Below are positions 50,484 to 62,154 of a DNA stretch of 64,000 bases, in pieces; position 1 is the stretch's first letter; the number at the start of each line of letters is the position of its first letter. Source of the DNA: Terriglobia bacterium (GTDB taxonomy: Bacteria; Acidobacteriota; Terriglobia; Terriglobales; Acidobacteriaceae); contig CAWCSH010000005.1 in NCBI GenBank assembly GCA_963798155.1, positions 382,387-446,386 of the forward strand, given 5' to 3'. A program made the translations under genes and the position numbers. The notes beneath the pieces are model-generated. The model was given only the letters and a program-made list of their open reading frames with translations. It made no database searches and had not been told where the DNA came from.

Positions 50484-51270
50484 TTAAAGCGTTACGTCCA
50501 CGGTCTTGGCGTCTTTGGGAGCGAGCGTGATCTTCTGGTCCTGCTCGCCGAGTTTTTCCTGCACAAAGGCCAGCGTGTAGTCTCCCGGCGGCAGTCCCTT
50601 GATCTCGTACTTGCCGTCCTGTCCAGTGACCGCATAGAACGGGCTCTTCACCACGTTGATGTACATCTTCATCCAGGGATGCTGGTTGCACTTCACCGGC
50701 AGCATGATCTCTTCGCGGGCGAAGCTCTTCTCGATCGGGGCGCTTTGCGGCGGCTGCGACTCGTTCCACTCGCGGTTGTCTTTCGGGGTGGGATGGATGT
50801 TGTGGGTGGTCTGGTCGTCGTTATTGATCTTCACTTCTGCCCGGCCATCACGCCCAGCACGTGCGGATGATAGCGGCAGCCCTTCTGATCAATGGTGACG
50901 GCTTCTTTGGGAACGTCGAAAGTGCGGTTGCCAAGACCGTCCTTCACGTAGACGAAGACGTTAGCCAGCTTGCCGTCGTCGACGACCAGGTTTCAGCCTC
51001 GTTGGCGCCTTTGCAGGCAGGGTCCTGGCTCATGTCAATCTTGACCGGTTTGGGGGCAGTGCCGTCGAATTTCACGGTGCCGCTGACCGTGGCGGCGGTT
51101 GCGGGATCAATCGGTGTGAGCCGGAGCGCGGCTGCGCTTCGGATCGTCGGGAGAGGCTGGTCTGCTCCTCGTTGGGTTCTCCTTCTTGCTGCAGCCGCCA
51201 GCAGCCACAGTCCGAGGAGAGCAGAGGCCGAACATTGCGACCAGGTCTTGCGATTTTCTGTTACGGTTCA
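50484..51270 (-). pseudogene. Lipoprotein with a cupredoxin-like Cu site and a C-terminal CarboxypepD_reg-like motif, with at least 3 frameshifts
   Basis: Start MNRNRKSQDLVAMFGLCS... Then GTVKFDGTAP..VVDDGKLANVFVYVKDG, GCRYHPHV, HNIHP, CNQHPWM (C-x2-H-x2-M as in amicyanin), and GKYEIKGLPPGDYTL. Confidence 0.45.
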
Positions 51271-51662
51271 TGATTTCGCCCTTTCAGGTTGAAAGTTCAA
51301 AGTCTGTGCAAATCTTGCCGGGCCGTCACGTATGCCCGGACGCTTCCGATAATTCAGCTCCGCGAACCGTCATTTTACTGCGAACCGTCCGGCTGCCGCG
51401 CCTGTCGAACTGGGGCTGCGCTTGTGCCGGATCGTTGGTCCTGCACTGCCGGGACTGCCGCGTCCGTCCCATTGCTGCCGCGACCCGGCGTTGCTCCTCC
51501 GGGGTTAGCTTGGAAGATGTAATCCACCAGCAGCTTGGTGTGGTCCTTGTCGTATCCCTGGAACGCCGGCGGCGTGGGCCCGGCAAAAACCCAGTGGCCC
51601 GTTCTCGCTGCCGGAACAGATCCGGAAGGCATGGAGGTGCCGGGGCTGATCGCCTGGCGGAT

Positions 51663-53173
51663 CTATGATCCAGCGCTCCACCCAGTCCGGGCTTGAGGCG
51701 CTCCTTGGCCAGCAGGAAGTTGGGCGCGGTGGCGATGCTGATCGTGCTGCGGATCGCCGGTGGCGTGGCACTTCAGGCAGGGCGCGGCCGTGCTGGAGAA
51801 CAGGCTGCGCGCCATGTCGGTTTCCTTGGCGGTGAGCACCGGCACTTGCTCCGGAATATAGGGCATGGGCTGCTGCGAGAGCGCCTGGAAGAAGCGCACC
51901 AGCTTGCGCACTTCATTATCCGAGAAATAGAACGTCGGCATGCGGACGTTGAGATAAGGCCGCACCCCGTTGCGGTTGGTGTCCGTAGCGCTCAGCGCGG
52001 GATTTGCGAGGAACTGCCGCAGCCACTCCGGATCGACGCGCGCGCCTTCGGTGAGCAGCTTGGGCGGCAACTGCTCCTGGATCGTCCTGGTAGTGTTGCA
52101 GGTCCCATCAGCACGGTCTTCTGGCCCGGGATGAACTGGTGGCAGCCCATGCAGTTGTACTTCTTGCACGATCCACCAGCCGTCCTGGATGTCGCGCGGC
52201 GCGTCCTCGGGCTTGTACTGGTAGCTGTCGGGCAGGGAAGTTTCCTCGCTGCCCAGAAGGAAGGTGGTCAAGGCCTGCACTTGTTCTTTGGTCAGGTGCA
52301 GGTTCGGCATGCGCAGCTTTTCGGTTTCGCTCTTGATCATGCCCTGGTCGTAGACGTTGGGCTCGGCGAGCTTGTGCTCGAAGAATCCTTTGTGGTCGTA
52401 CCAGGGAGCTTTGGCTGGGCCTTCGGGCAGCCGCGCCAGGTCTTCGGGATCGTTGATCGGCTCGGCTCCTTGCCGCCGCGCTCGCGGATCGGTGTAGAGA
52501 GCGAAATCCAGCCGCTCGATCGGCTTGCTGCCCTCGACGGTCAGGTCGGTCCCGATGCGGCCTTCATCTTCGAGGCCGGCAATTTCGTGACAGCCGGCGC
52601 AACCGAAGTGCCGAATCCACTTTTTGCCTTCTGCCTTCAGCTTGGGATCGTCCATGTAAGACGGCATCGGCGTAGGACGAAGGATCGCTGCTCTTTCTGC
52701 GTGATCAGATAGCTGGCGATGTCCTGCGCGTCTTCCCACGCTCAGGCGAAGGCTGGGCATGACCGTCATGTTCTGCACTTGCAGTTCGTGCCCGTCGTTG
52801 GGGCACTGGCTGTGCTGCAAGTCGAAGACGTAGGGCAGGCCCTTCTTCGCGTAGTCTTCCGGGCCGATGTCTTTCTTCTCGTAACGGACAGTAGGGGCGG
52901 GTGCGCTCGCGGGCGTTGTGAATCCAGCGAACGAGATAGTCGTAGTTGGCTTTTTCGCCTTCGCGGGTAAGGTTGGCGGCAAAGGTGCCGCCCATCTATC
53001 TGATCGCCTTCGCCGATGGAGTGGCAGGCCAGGCAGCCGCGGGTTTCGAAAAGCTCTTTGCCGTGGTCCGCATTTCCGGGCTTCTGCTTAGCAGAGGGTC
53101 GGTCAACGCGGACTGCCACAGGTAGGCCGAGATCGACTCGAATCTGGTCGTCGTTCAGCCGGAAGTTCGGCAT
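51663..53173 (-). pseudogene. c-type cytochrome(s) with at least three CxxCH motifs, frame-disrupted
   Basis: CLACHSIGEGD (52705..53173 fragment). CAGCHEIAG and CLKCHATGD (51663..52982). Confidence 0.55.
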
Positions 53174-53584
53174 CTTGGTGGTCGGGCGGAAATCGGTGGG
53201 CTTCTTCAGCCAGACCGGAATCCAGTTCTTGTTCAGCTTGAGCGCGGATGTCTTTCAGGTTCGGCCCGACCTTCTTCATCGTCTTGCATCAGATTGTGCG
53301 TTTCGAAGATCGAGCTGCTGCATGTGGCCGTCAATCTTGCTGTTGGCGACTTTCAGAGCGACCGCTTCCTGATTCAAGCCGGTTGGCTTCTTCATTGCTC
53401 TCGGCCGCGTCGGCCTGCTTCATCAGGTCGGCAGCGTCGTTTCAAATTGTCAATCTTCTGCTGCTCGAAGAGCTTGGATTGCTGGGCGATGCGTTCAGCT
53501 CTTCCGGTTCCCGGTCATAGCCTTCGTAGCGATGGCAGCCCATTGCAGCCGCGTCTGGCGGAAGAGGATCTTTGCCTTCATTGA

Positions 53585-54700
53585 TCAGTTTCCATTGCGG
53601 TGTCGCCGCTGACCAGCACCATGTCGGCGGCATGGCAGGTCTGGCATCCCGCCTGGACGTTTTGCTTTCGGGAACATCGGCCACAGCCAGTGCTCATAGT
53701 TGCCGTGGGCTTTTTCTATGCTGGTGGTGGCGCGGCCATTTCCCTGGTGGCAGGGAGAGCAGCCGAAACTTCTCGGGATCGTGAATCTGCAGCAGCTCCG
53801 GCTCGGGATGGCTGACAAAGGCATCGGCATACTTGTCCGGCTGCTTTCGCCTTTGGCAGTCATGGAGGCCGGCGTGATCTTCACCAGCTCGCGGTCGCCC
53901 ATATGGCAGGACTCGCAGCGATCCACGATGTTGGCTTCAGGGACGTTGATCTGGACGATATGCGGGTCCCAGTTTTCGGTCTTGTTTTCAAGCCGGCGAT
54001 CTGCGAAGGGGCTGAGATCGACCATGTGGTCGTTGACATAGGCCGAGCTTTGGTGTTGGCTTCGGTCACCGGCTTGAGCACCTCGCCCAGTTCCAGGCTC
54101 AAGCTGGTCTTTTCGGCGTTGACTTCGTTGAAGGCTTCCTCCAGCTGCTGGAAGTTGTATTGCTTCTTGCTGCCGTCGGGGAACTCGACCGTGGCCAGCT
54201 TGCTTTTGTATTCATCCAATCTTGCGCTGCTAGCTTTTGTTTCCGGAGGCGCTGGTTTCGGTTTCGAGGTTGTAGGTGATGGCGTTGACGTAGGCGCGCC
54301 GGTCGGTGAAAACCGAGCGCACTGCCAGCAGCCGGCCATTGACGTCGTCAAGCTGCTGCGTTGATTTTGCTTGAACCTGCGGCCGAGGTTTGCTGCGCAG
54401 GCCTGCTGATATTCCTGCTTTAGCGCCTGGTAGTCGGGACTGTTCTCGACAGCCTTCTGCGAGGCCGCGGATTTCGAAGTTCTTTATTCAGCAGGGCGGC
54501 GATAGCGGGTCTTCCATTCGTGCTGGTAGGCCTTCCACGGCCGCTGGCCGAAAGCTTCGTCCCACAAGCGCCCAGAACAGGGTGACGATCAGCAGAAGCC
54601 ATGCGCGACCGCGTAGTAGCCGGCGTAGGACTTGGTGACGACGGGATCTTGCTCGGGAATGGGTTGCTCGGGCACCAGACCTCCGTTGCCAATAAATCCG
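53585..54700 (-). pseudogene. Multihaem c-type cytochrome, frame-disrupted; boundaries approximate
   Basis: CESCHMG and CSPCHQGNG in fragment 53585..54025. Upstream fragments 53881..54351 and 54420..54692 continue the same gene in other frames. Confidence 0.4.
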
Positions 54701-54963
54701 CTTTCGAGCTAGTTCACGTTCTCAGCTGTCAGCACTGCTCACACGTTGAACCACGGCGTAATCCAGACGTACTTGATGTGCCACACCAGGCGGAGCGCCA
54801 TCTTCATGGCAGCGCAACCATGGTGAGCAGGAAGAACATCATGATGGAGTACTGCAGCAGGCTCATGCGCTGGTAGTCCTTTGCGGGTATGAGCGGCGGA
54901 ACAGACTGTGCGCGCATAAACCCGAAGACAGCGTAATACCCGCCTACGACAAGGCGCCGAAGA

Positions 54964-56646
54964 CTACCTTTGCCCATGGAAATAATCGAGGTAGATGCCG
55001 AAACAGTCAGGCAAGTCGCGGTTCACCTCGTAAATCAAGCGATTGTGGTCCCAGGTTTGCCCCGGCCAGAACCACTGCCACCCAGGGCCTCGAATGAACG
55101 TTCCGATGATGATCATCGAGACCCACAGAATGATGAAGCCGAACAGGAATGTGCCGATGGCAAACTTGCGCTGCTTCCAGGTGTAATAGCCGCTGCCCAG
55201 CGGATTGGTGTCCATGTAGGGAATCACCATCAGCCCGACGATGATCAGCGTGGGCATGACAACGCCCGGCGATCCAGGGATCGAAGTACACCAGCATTTC
55301 CTGCAGCCCGAGGAAATACCACGGCGCTTTGGCCGGATTCATGGTCAGGTTGGGATTCGACGGCTCTTCGAGCGGCGCGTTCAGCGTGATGGACCAGACC
55401 ATCAGAATGATGGTGACGATGATGGCGGCGAGAAATTCAATGCGCAGCAGGAACGGCCAGACGTGGACTTCTTTCTGCCAGCCCGGGCGGAAGGGCCAGG
55501 TCTTGCGGTGGTGGGTCTTGGCCATGCGCGGGATCGGTTTCCAGCTCGGCGATCAGTTCATCGTTGGCTTGCGCCTGCTTCCAGGCCAGGTAGATATAGA
55601 AGGCCAGCAGCGGAATGAGCGCCACGATCGGCACGTTGTCCGGGGCGGAAGCGATCTCCCAAAGTTGATCGCCAGTCCATAAATCTCCACGGCTCATGTA
55701 GGTCCGTGTCATTGCCGGTCAAGCCAAGCATTCCTCGCGCACAATCTGCCCGGATTAACAAGTCGAGACTGACCGAGCAAGCCCCATCCCCACGCTGACC
55801 TTGCTGGACTCTCCAGCGCTTTCGGCCTCGGCGAGGCTTGTCGGCCTCGGCCTCCAGCATGACCGGCGCCGGGCCGGAGATGCCGCCGTCTTTTCGCACC
55901 CGCCAGAAATGCACGATCATGAAAACCGACGCCACGATCGGAATGCCGATGCAATGCCAGATATAGGAACGCAGCAGGGCATTGGCATCCACGATCGAGC
56001 CGCCCAGCAACCCAAAGCGCACATCGTTATAGGGCGTCATGCCCAACATGCGCGCCGAACGGGCCCTCATGTCCCAGCAGCGGCGTGGCGCGCGCCATGT
56101 TCGTTCCCACCGTGACCGCCCAGAATCCCAGCTGATCGTCGGGCAGCAGGTAGCCGGTGAAGGAGAGCAGCAGGGTCAGCACCAGCAGGATCACGCCAAT
56201 GTTCCAGTTGAACTCGCGCGGCTTCTTATAGGAGCCGGTGAGAAACACCCGGAACATGTGCAGCCAGACGGCAATGACCATCAGGTGGGCGGCCCAGCGG
56301 TGCATGTTGCGCAGAATCTTGCCGAAGGGGACATCGTGCTCCAGATACAGAACGTCGCGGAACGCCTGCACCTTGCTGGGGTGGTAATAGAACATCAGCA
56401 GCACGCCGGTGAAGGTGAGCACGATGAAGAGGTAGAAGGTGATTCCGCCCATCCCCCAGGTGTAGCTGTAGCGCACCGAGTCGCGGTTGATCTTGGCCGG
56501 GTGCAGGTGCAGGAAGACGTTCGACAGCACGCCCAGCGCGCGGTTGCGCGGCGTGTCGTCGTGCTTGTGGCGGAAGATCGAGGTATAGACCTGAGTCTTG
56601 GTCGGGTCTTTCAGTCCCTCGATCTGCTCTTTGGCCTTGGCGGGCA
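54964..56646 (-). pseudogene. Cytochrome b of a Rieske/cyt b complex (b6-type N-terminal domain plus subunit-IV-like C-terminal domain), multiply frameshifted
   Basis: Start MPAKAKEQ at 56646. [11 protein letters not shown]...HRWAAHLMV (haem-ligating His). C-terminal APWYFLGLQEML and PTLIIVGLMVIPYMD, in ORFs 55007..55525 and 54964..55257. Confidence 0.75.
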
Positions 56647-56772
56647 TGTCGGTTTTGAGGGACCTGAAGGTCTTCTTTGACTGCCGGCCTTGAGACTTTC
56701 TCCAGCAGCCGCACCTGATTGCCGTTCTTCCGTTCTTTCCGTTTTCCTCTTTCGTCGGCTCATCTATGGCCC

Positions 56773-57500
56773 TCATCTCGGCGGCTTGTTGGCATCTTTC
56801 CGCTTCAAAGCGCGCGTTGCACCGCATAAGCCGTGCGCCATCATGACCGCAAGTAATGCTCCAGGGTCGTTGAAATGGCTGGGTTGTCCCTTCGGCCATT
56901 GATAGAGCTTGGCGACATCCACCAGAATCTGGCCGTCGGGGGCGACCTCCACGTGGGCCCGGTCCATCGGCCGCGGCGCAGGACCTTCGAAATTGATTCC
57001 TTCGCTGTCGTATCCGCTGCCGTGGCAGGGACATTTGAATTTGTTCTCCGCTGGCTTCCAGTCGGGAGTGCAGCCCAGGTGCGTGCAGCTGGCATAAATC
57101 ACGAACAGGCGGTCGGGGGTGCGGTCCACCCAGATGCGGTATTTCTGCTGCCATTTGGTGTCCACGCCCAGCCCGTAATCGGAGGGATAGCCGATCTTGA
57201 AACTGGTAGCGGGCTCAAACAGGGTGCGCGGCAGGAAGAAGCGGAAGAATGCGATAAACCAGGCGGCAAGAAAGGCCGCCACCGCCGCTCCACACAAAGC
57301 GGCGCCGCTGCTGGTTGACCTCGGTGTTTTCCGGACCGACCGAGGCGACTCCGCCTGCGGCGGCGGCCTTGCGAGGTGCCGACTGCGGGCGTGCCGACGT
57401 AGCGGGTGGACGCGCCACTGCGGGCGACGGAGGCAGTCCCGCGGACAGCCGGACGCGCCGGAGCAGCGGCCGCGCGCCGCGGCTGCGGCTGCCGGGGCTG
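56773..57500 (-). pseudogene. Rieske [2Fe-2S] protein, N-terminal Tat region frameshifted
   Basis: CTHLGC...CPCHGS cluster-binding boxes. A Tat-like RRRF lies in the adjacent frame (57215..57418). The start is uncertain. Confidence 0.7.
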
Positions 57501-58156
57501 CCGCTACTGGAGCAGCGGCTGGCGCAGCTGCGTGCAGCCGGCTCGCCCAGCAGGGCGGTAATTTCGGCGTCGTTCAGAGGAGCGGCAGATTATTGCGTTT
57601 GCGGCGGGCCTGTTCGGCCGCGATGGAAGACTTGCTCCACTTCTTGCCTGCGGCGACTTGCTTCTGCAACTTCCGGGCTGATGTCGGCACGAGAGGGCGG
57701 CTACCTGCCGGCTGGCAGCGGGAGCCGCGGCAGCCGCAGAAGGCGGAGCGGCTGGGGGAGCGCTGGCCACAGCGGCTGCGGCAGCGGCGCGGCGCAGCGA
57801 CTCCGTCGCCCGCGTTCCCACGACATGGGCTGCCCGCTTTGAGGGCCTCGATATCGTCGTCGCTAAGCAGCGGCAGGCCGGAACGTTTCCGGTAGGCCTG
57901 TTCGGCCGCGATCACCGAACTGTTCAGCGCCTTCCTGCGGCCATGCCGGAAGACGCCCGCGGACGCCTGCCAGTTTGGACTCGTCTGCCATCCGTCCTTA
58001 CCCCTTCTTAGTTTGTACCCTTGGCCCGACTTACATATCCCTAAATGCGTGCATGCTACATCGGCAGCTACCGCGCTTGATCGACTGGTTCGATAATCTG
58101 CGGCACTGGCCCCGCGCGAGGGCGCGGGTCACCAGGTCCGCCAGATGCGGAAATGA

Positions 58157-59128
58157 ATGTTGGCGAGTCAGTTAAGACCCGGAAGTCATCTCAAAGCGCG
58201 CGATGCCGAGCGCATGCGGCCTCTTCGCGCGCTTCGTGAGTCAGATTTCGCCCAGAGTTTCCACGTGATCGGAAACAAACGAAACCGGAACTACGCAGAC
58301 CTCGCGGATGTTCCGCCGCGGCCAGGCTTCGCAGGGTGGTGTGCAGCGAGGGCTGCAGCCATTTGCTGGCCCCGACCTTGCTCTGGTAGCAGAGGCGATG
58401 GCGGTTGTGCCAGCCGCCGCGCTGCATGACCAGCGCTACCGTCTCCTCGATCTGGCGCTGGTAGGGATCGCCCTTTTCGAATCACCGCCTGCGGAACGCT
58501 GTGCGCGCTGAAGACCAGTTCCGCTGCGTTCGGATCGGGGAAGCGGGCCAGCGCTTCGTTCAATTTTTTCGGCCAGCGCGTCCAGGTAAAGGTCGTTGCG
58601 ATAGAAGTGCTCGATGATATGCACCGGCACGTCGCTGTGAACAGCCGCTGCCATTCGTTCAGGCTGCTGCCGGTGGTAGTGCTGGAATATTGGGGATAAA
58701 GAGGAAGCAGCACGAGTTCATCGCACCGGCGCCGCGTGCAGCTGCGGCGATGGCCTCCGCGGTAAAGGGATGCCAATAGCGCATGGCGACGAAGCAGCGG
58801 GCGTCCATGCCCGGCGCTCTTCAGGCACTCTCCAGGGCCGCGCCTGCTGCTCGGTGAAGCGGCGGATGGGCGAGCCGCCGCCGATTACGGAATAGTGGTG
58901 CTGCACTTTCCTGGCGCGGGTGGTGGAGATCAGTTTGGCCAGCGGTTTACGCCCGATGCGGGCAAAAGGAAAGTCAATAATGTCGGGATCGCAGAAAAGA
59001 TTGAAGAGAAATGGCTCAATCGCCTCCAGCGTGTCGGGTCCACCCAACTGGAAGAGCACTACACCCAACTCGCCGTATTGTGTTCGCCATCCCCCTGGTC
59101 CCCGTGAACGGGCACGGATGTTACTCAA
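58157..59128 (-). pseudogene. hemH: Ferrochelatase, multiply frameshifted
   Basis: [11 protein letters not shown]...[24 protein letters not shown] and FSAHSVP are spread over three frames. Confidence 0.75.
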
Positions 59129-59289
59129 ATACTGCGCAGTTCGTCAACGTGATGTTTGGAAAGATACAGCCGGAGTTTCAGCTGGACGGACATTCGATGG
59201 CGTCGGAAGGAAATCTCGTGCGCGAGAGAGTATTAAGGCAACGCGGGTGGCGCAGGTCAGTTCTGGACGGCGCCGGCGCGCGTCGGCTC

Positions 59290-60304
59290 TTCCACGCCCG
59301 ATTCCATGGCTTCAATCACGGCATCGGCAAATTGCGAAGTTCCTGCCTGTGCCGCCAACATCGCGCGTCAGTTTCTCGCGTGTGCGATAGACCTTCTCCA
59401 AGGCCATGGCGAATCTTTGTCCGCCGCTTCGTGCTCGCCGAGGTGGCGCAGCATGAGCAGGGAGGAGCGGATCACAGCCGTGGGATTGGCGATGTTTTTG
59501 CCCGCAATGTCCGGCGCGGAGCCATGGACGGCTTCGAAAATCGCGCAATGATCGCCGAAATTGGCGCCGGGCACAAACCCCAGTCCGCCGACAAAGGCCG
59601 CGCAGAGGTCGGAAATGATGTCTCCGTAAAGATTCTCCATCACCAGCATGTCGTACTGGTAGGGATTCATCACCAGCTGCATGCAGGTGTTGTCCACGAT
59701 GTGCTCGCCGTAGGTGATCTCGGGATAGTCTTTGGCCACGTTGCGGGAGCAGCGCAGGAACAATCCATCCGACAGCTTCATGATGTTGGCTTTGTGGATG
59801 GCGTGGATCTTCTTGCGCTTGTGCTTGCGCGCGTACTCAAAGGCAAAGCGCGCGATGCGGGTGGAAGCCTTCTCGGTAATGATCTTCAGGCTCTCGACCA
59901 CGCCCGGCACCACTTCGTGCTCCAGGCCGGAGTACAGGCTCTCGGTGTTTTCGCGGACGATGATGAGATCGACGTCGGGATAGCGGGTGGGAATGTGCGG
60001 CAGGTTCGGATGGGCCGGAAGTTGGCGTACAGCTCGAACTTGCTTGCGCAGCGCGACATTGATGCTGGAGAAGCCGCCGCCGACCGGAGTGGTGACCGGG
60101 CCCTTGAGAGCCACATGCGTGCGCTCGATCGATTCGGTCAGTTCTTTGGGAATGTATTCGCCGTACTTCTCGTAGGCTTCAGCGCCCGCCTGGAACGTCT
60201 CCCATTCGAACTTCACGCCGGTCGCTTCGAGGATGCGTACCGCCGCGCCCAGTGACTTCAGGACCGATGCCGTCGCCAGGGATCAGAGTGATTTTGTATG
60301 CCAT
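59290..60304 (-). pseudogene. icd: Isocitrate dehydrogenase (IDH/IMDH family), with at least 3 frameshifts
   Basis: Start MAYKITLIPGDGIGPEVT at 60304. ELYANFRPIR is in alternate frame 59886..60116. The main fragment 59368..60216 carries NLYGDIISD. The 3' end is approximate. Confidence 0.75.
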
Positions 60305-60363
60305 GAATAGCAATTATGAGATTGCTAGTGGTTTCCTGTTCAAGTGGATTCTGCTAGATGATG

Positions 60364-60870
60364 TCAGCGGCTAACTCTTTGCCACCACTTTGCCACGGGC
60401 TTTCGACTGATTCCTTTCGTCTTTACCAGGTCTTTCAGCTCGTCCATGAACTCCTGCACGTCTTTAAAGTCCAGATAAACCGAAGCAAAGCGCACGTAAG
60501 CCACTTTGTCGTAGCGGCGCAGCCGGTTCATGATGAGCTCGCCCAATCTCGCTGGTCTTGCGCTCCCGCTCGGGCGATTCGATGACGAAGCCTTCCGCCT
60601 CGTTGACGATCTGCTCCAGTTTGCCGATCGGTACCGGGCGCTTTTCGCAGGCGCGGAGCAGTCCATTCAACACTTTCTGCCGCTCGAATTTCTCGCGCCG
60701 GCCGTCCTTCTTCACCACCATATAGGGGATTTCGTCAATGCGCTCATAGGTGGTAAAGCGCTTGCCGCACTTCAGGCACTCGCGGCGTCGGCGGATGGAT
60801 TCGGCTTCCTTGCTCTCGCGCGAATCCACTACCTTGTCTTCGGCAGACCCGCAAAAAGGACACTTCATGG
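60364..60870 (-). pseudogene. nrdR: Transcriptional repressor NrdR (zinc ribbon + ATP-cone), one frameshift near 60550
   Basis: MKCPFCG...[14 protein letters not shown]. The C-terminal half ([21 protein letters not shown]) is in the 60364..60666 frame. Confidence 0.8.
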
Positions 60871-60967
60871 GAGGTTGATGGACAAAACATTGTAACAGGC
60901 TGGATATCCGGGCTAACTGCGGGCGATGACAGTGGGGAAGCGCCTGAAGCCGCATGGCGCCGCTTTT

Positions 60968-62031
60968 CTAGCTCACCGGTGGCTGCACCGGAGCCGCAAC
61001 ATCAACCTCTTCCGCCCGGTGGCTTTCCTTAGAGATGTCCCGAAGCGAGATCCGCTCGCGATGCGCAAGCACCAATCCCACCGGGACAACCGCCAGGAAG
61101 GTGACCACCCACAGCATGATTCCGCAACTGGCAGCGAGTTCGTGGGGCGCGTCGAAGACATGTTGCAGGGTGGCGATGGTTGCCAGCTGCGACCCGCCGC
61201 CTACACCCGGCAGCTGGATGATCGATCCGATCATGCTCGACCCCATCAGCAGCACAATCTGGGAAATGGGAATGCGGAGGATATCGACGCCGTAGGAGAG
61301 CGTTACTTGCTGGTAGGCCAGGGCGATGATGTACCACTCGGCGACTGAGACGCCGATGAGTTCGAGCAGCGACAGCGGGCTATGGATGGTATTCAGCCCG
61401 CCGCGAAACTCGCGAAGGCGTAATGCGATGCGATGGCCCAGATTGGCGGCAAGGTGGGAAAACCGCACCTCGACCCAATCGGCCACCTTCTCGCCTTTCC
61501 AGTGCACCATGCCGGCCGCGCCCGCCAGGACTGCCACCAGTCCAATCAGAATGAAGCCGGCCTCGCGGAAGCTTCCGTAGTACGAAAGCTCCTTGGGCCC
61601 GGCGGCAAGAAAGATGAACAGAACCAGCAGAAGAGTGAATGCGCCGACATCGAAGATGCGCTCCACCGCCCAGACTGCAAGTTGGGACGAAAATGTGAGG
61701 TCTTCCCTGCGGGCGATCAGATAGGGACGAATCAGCTCGCCGGGACGCCCCAGCAGGGCCAACCCGGTGAAGCCGATGATGGTCGGCGCGATCAGCTTGA
61801 CCGATGAGGTCTTGCGACGGGGCGCAGGAAAATTTTCCAGCGGATGGCGCGGACCACATAGCCCAGGTAGATCAGCATCACCCCATAGGCGATGTGCAGC
61901 TTGTCGACCCGTCCGGTCTGCGCCCAGAACGTAGCCCAGTCGAAATCGCGCCAGCTGCGGAACTGGACATAAACCAGGAGCACCAGAATGGCGAATATGC
62001 CCCCGTAGATAAGAATCCGTTTTCGGTCCAT
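60968..62031 (-). pseudogene. UPF0104 / lysylphosphatidylglycerol-synthase-TM-region-like membrane protein, one frameshift near 61780
   Basis: N-terminal fragment 61792..62112 (from MDRKRILIYGGIFAIL) plus 60968..61762, with multiple TM helices. Confidence 0.55.
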
Positions 62032-62154
62032 TAGCTGGCTGATGCTGGGATGGCGCTTGCTCCGAGAGATTTGCCCCACAGCCAAGTTAAATGAGCACGG
62101 CGCGGGGGTCAACGGAGCCTGGGTAAAGCGAAAGACAGTGCAAATGCCTTGAAC

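Noticed and set aside
25029-62031. Interpreting the frameshifts as programmed ribosomal frameshifting or as a genuinely decaying (pseudogene-rich) genomic region
   Set aside because: There are dozens of events. They occur in essential genes and at homopolymer runs without slippery-heptamer-plus-structure signatures, so sequencing or assembly indels are far more likely. The non-uniform distribution still needs explaining; see the findings.
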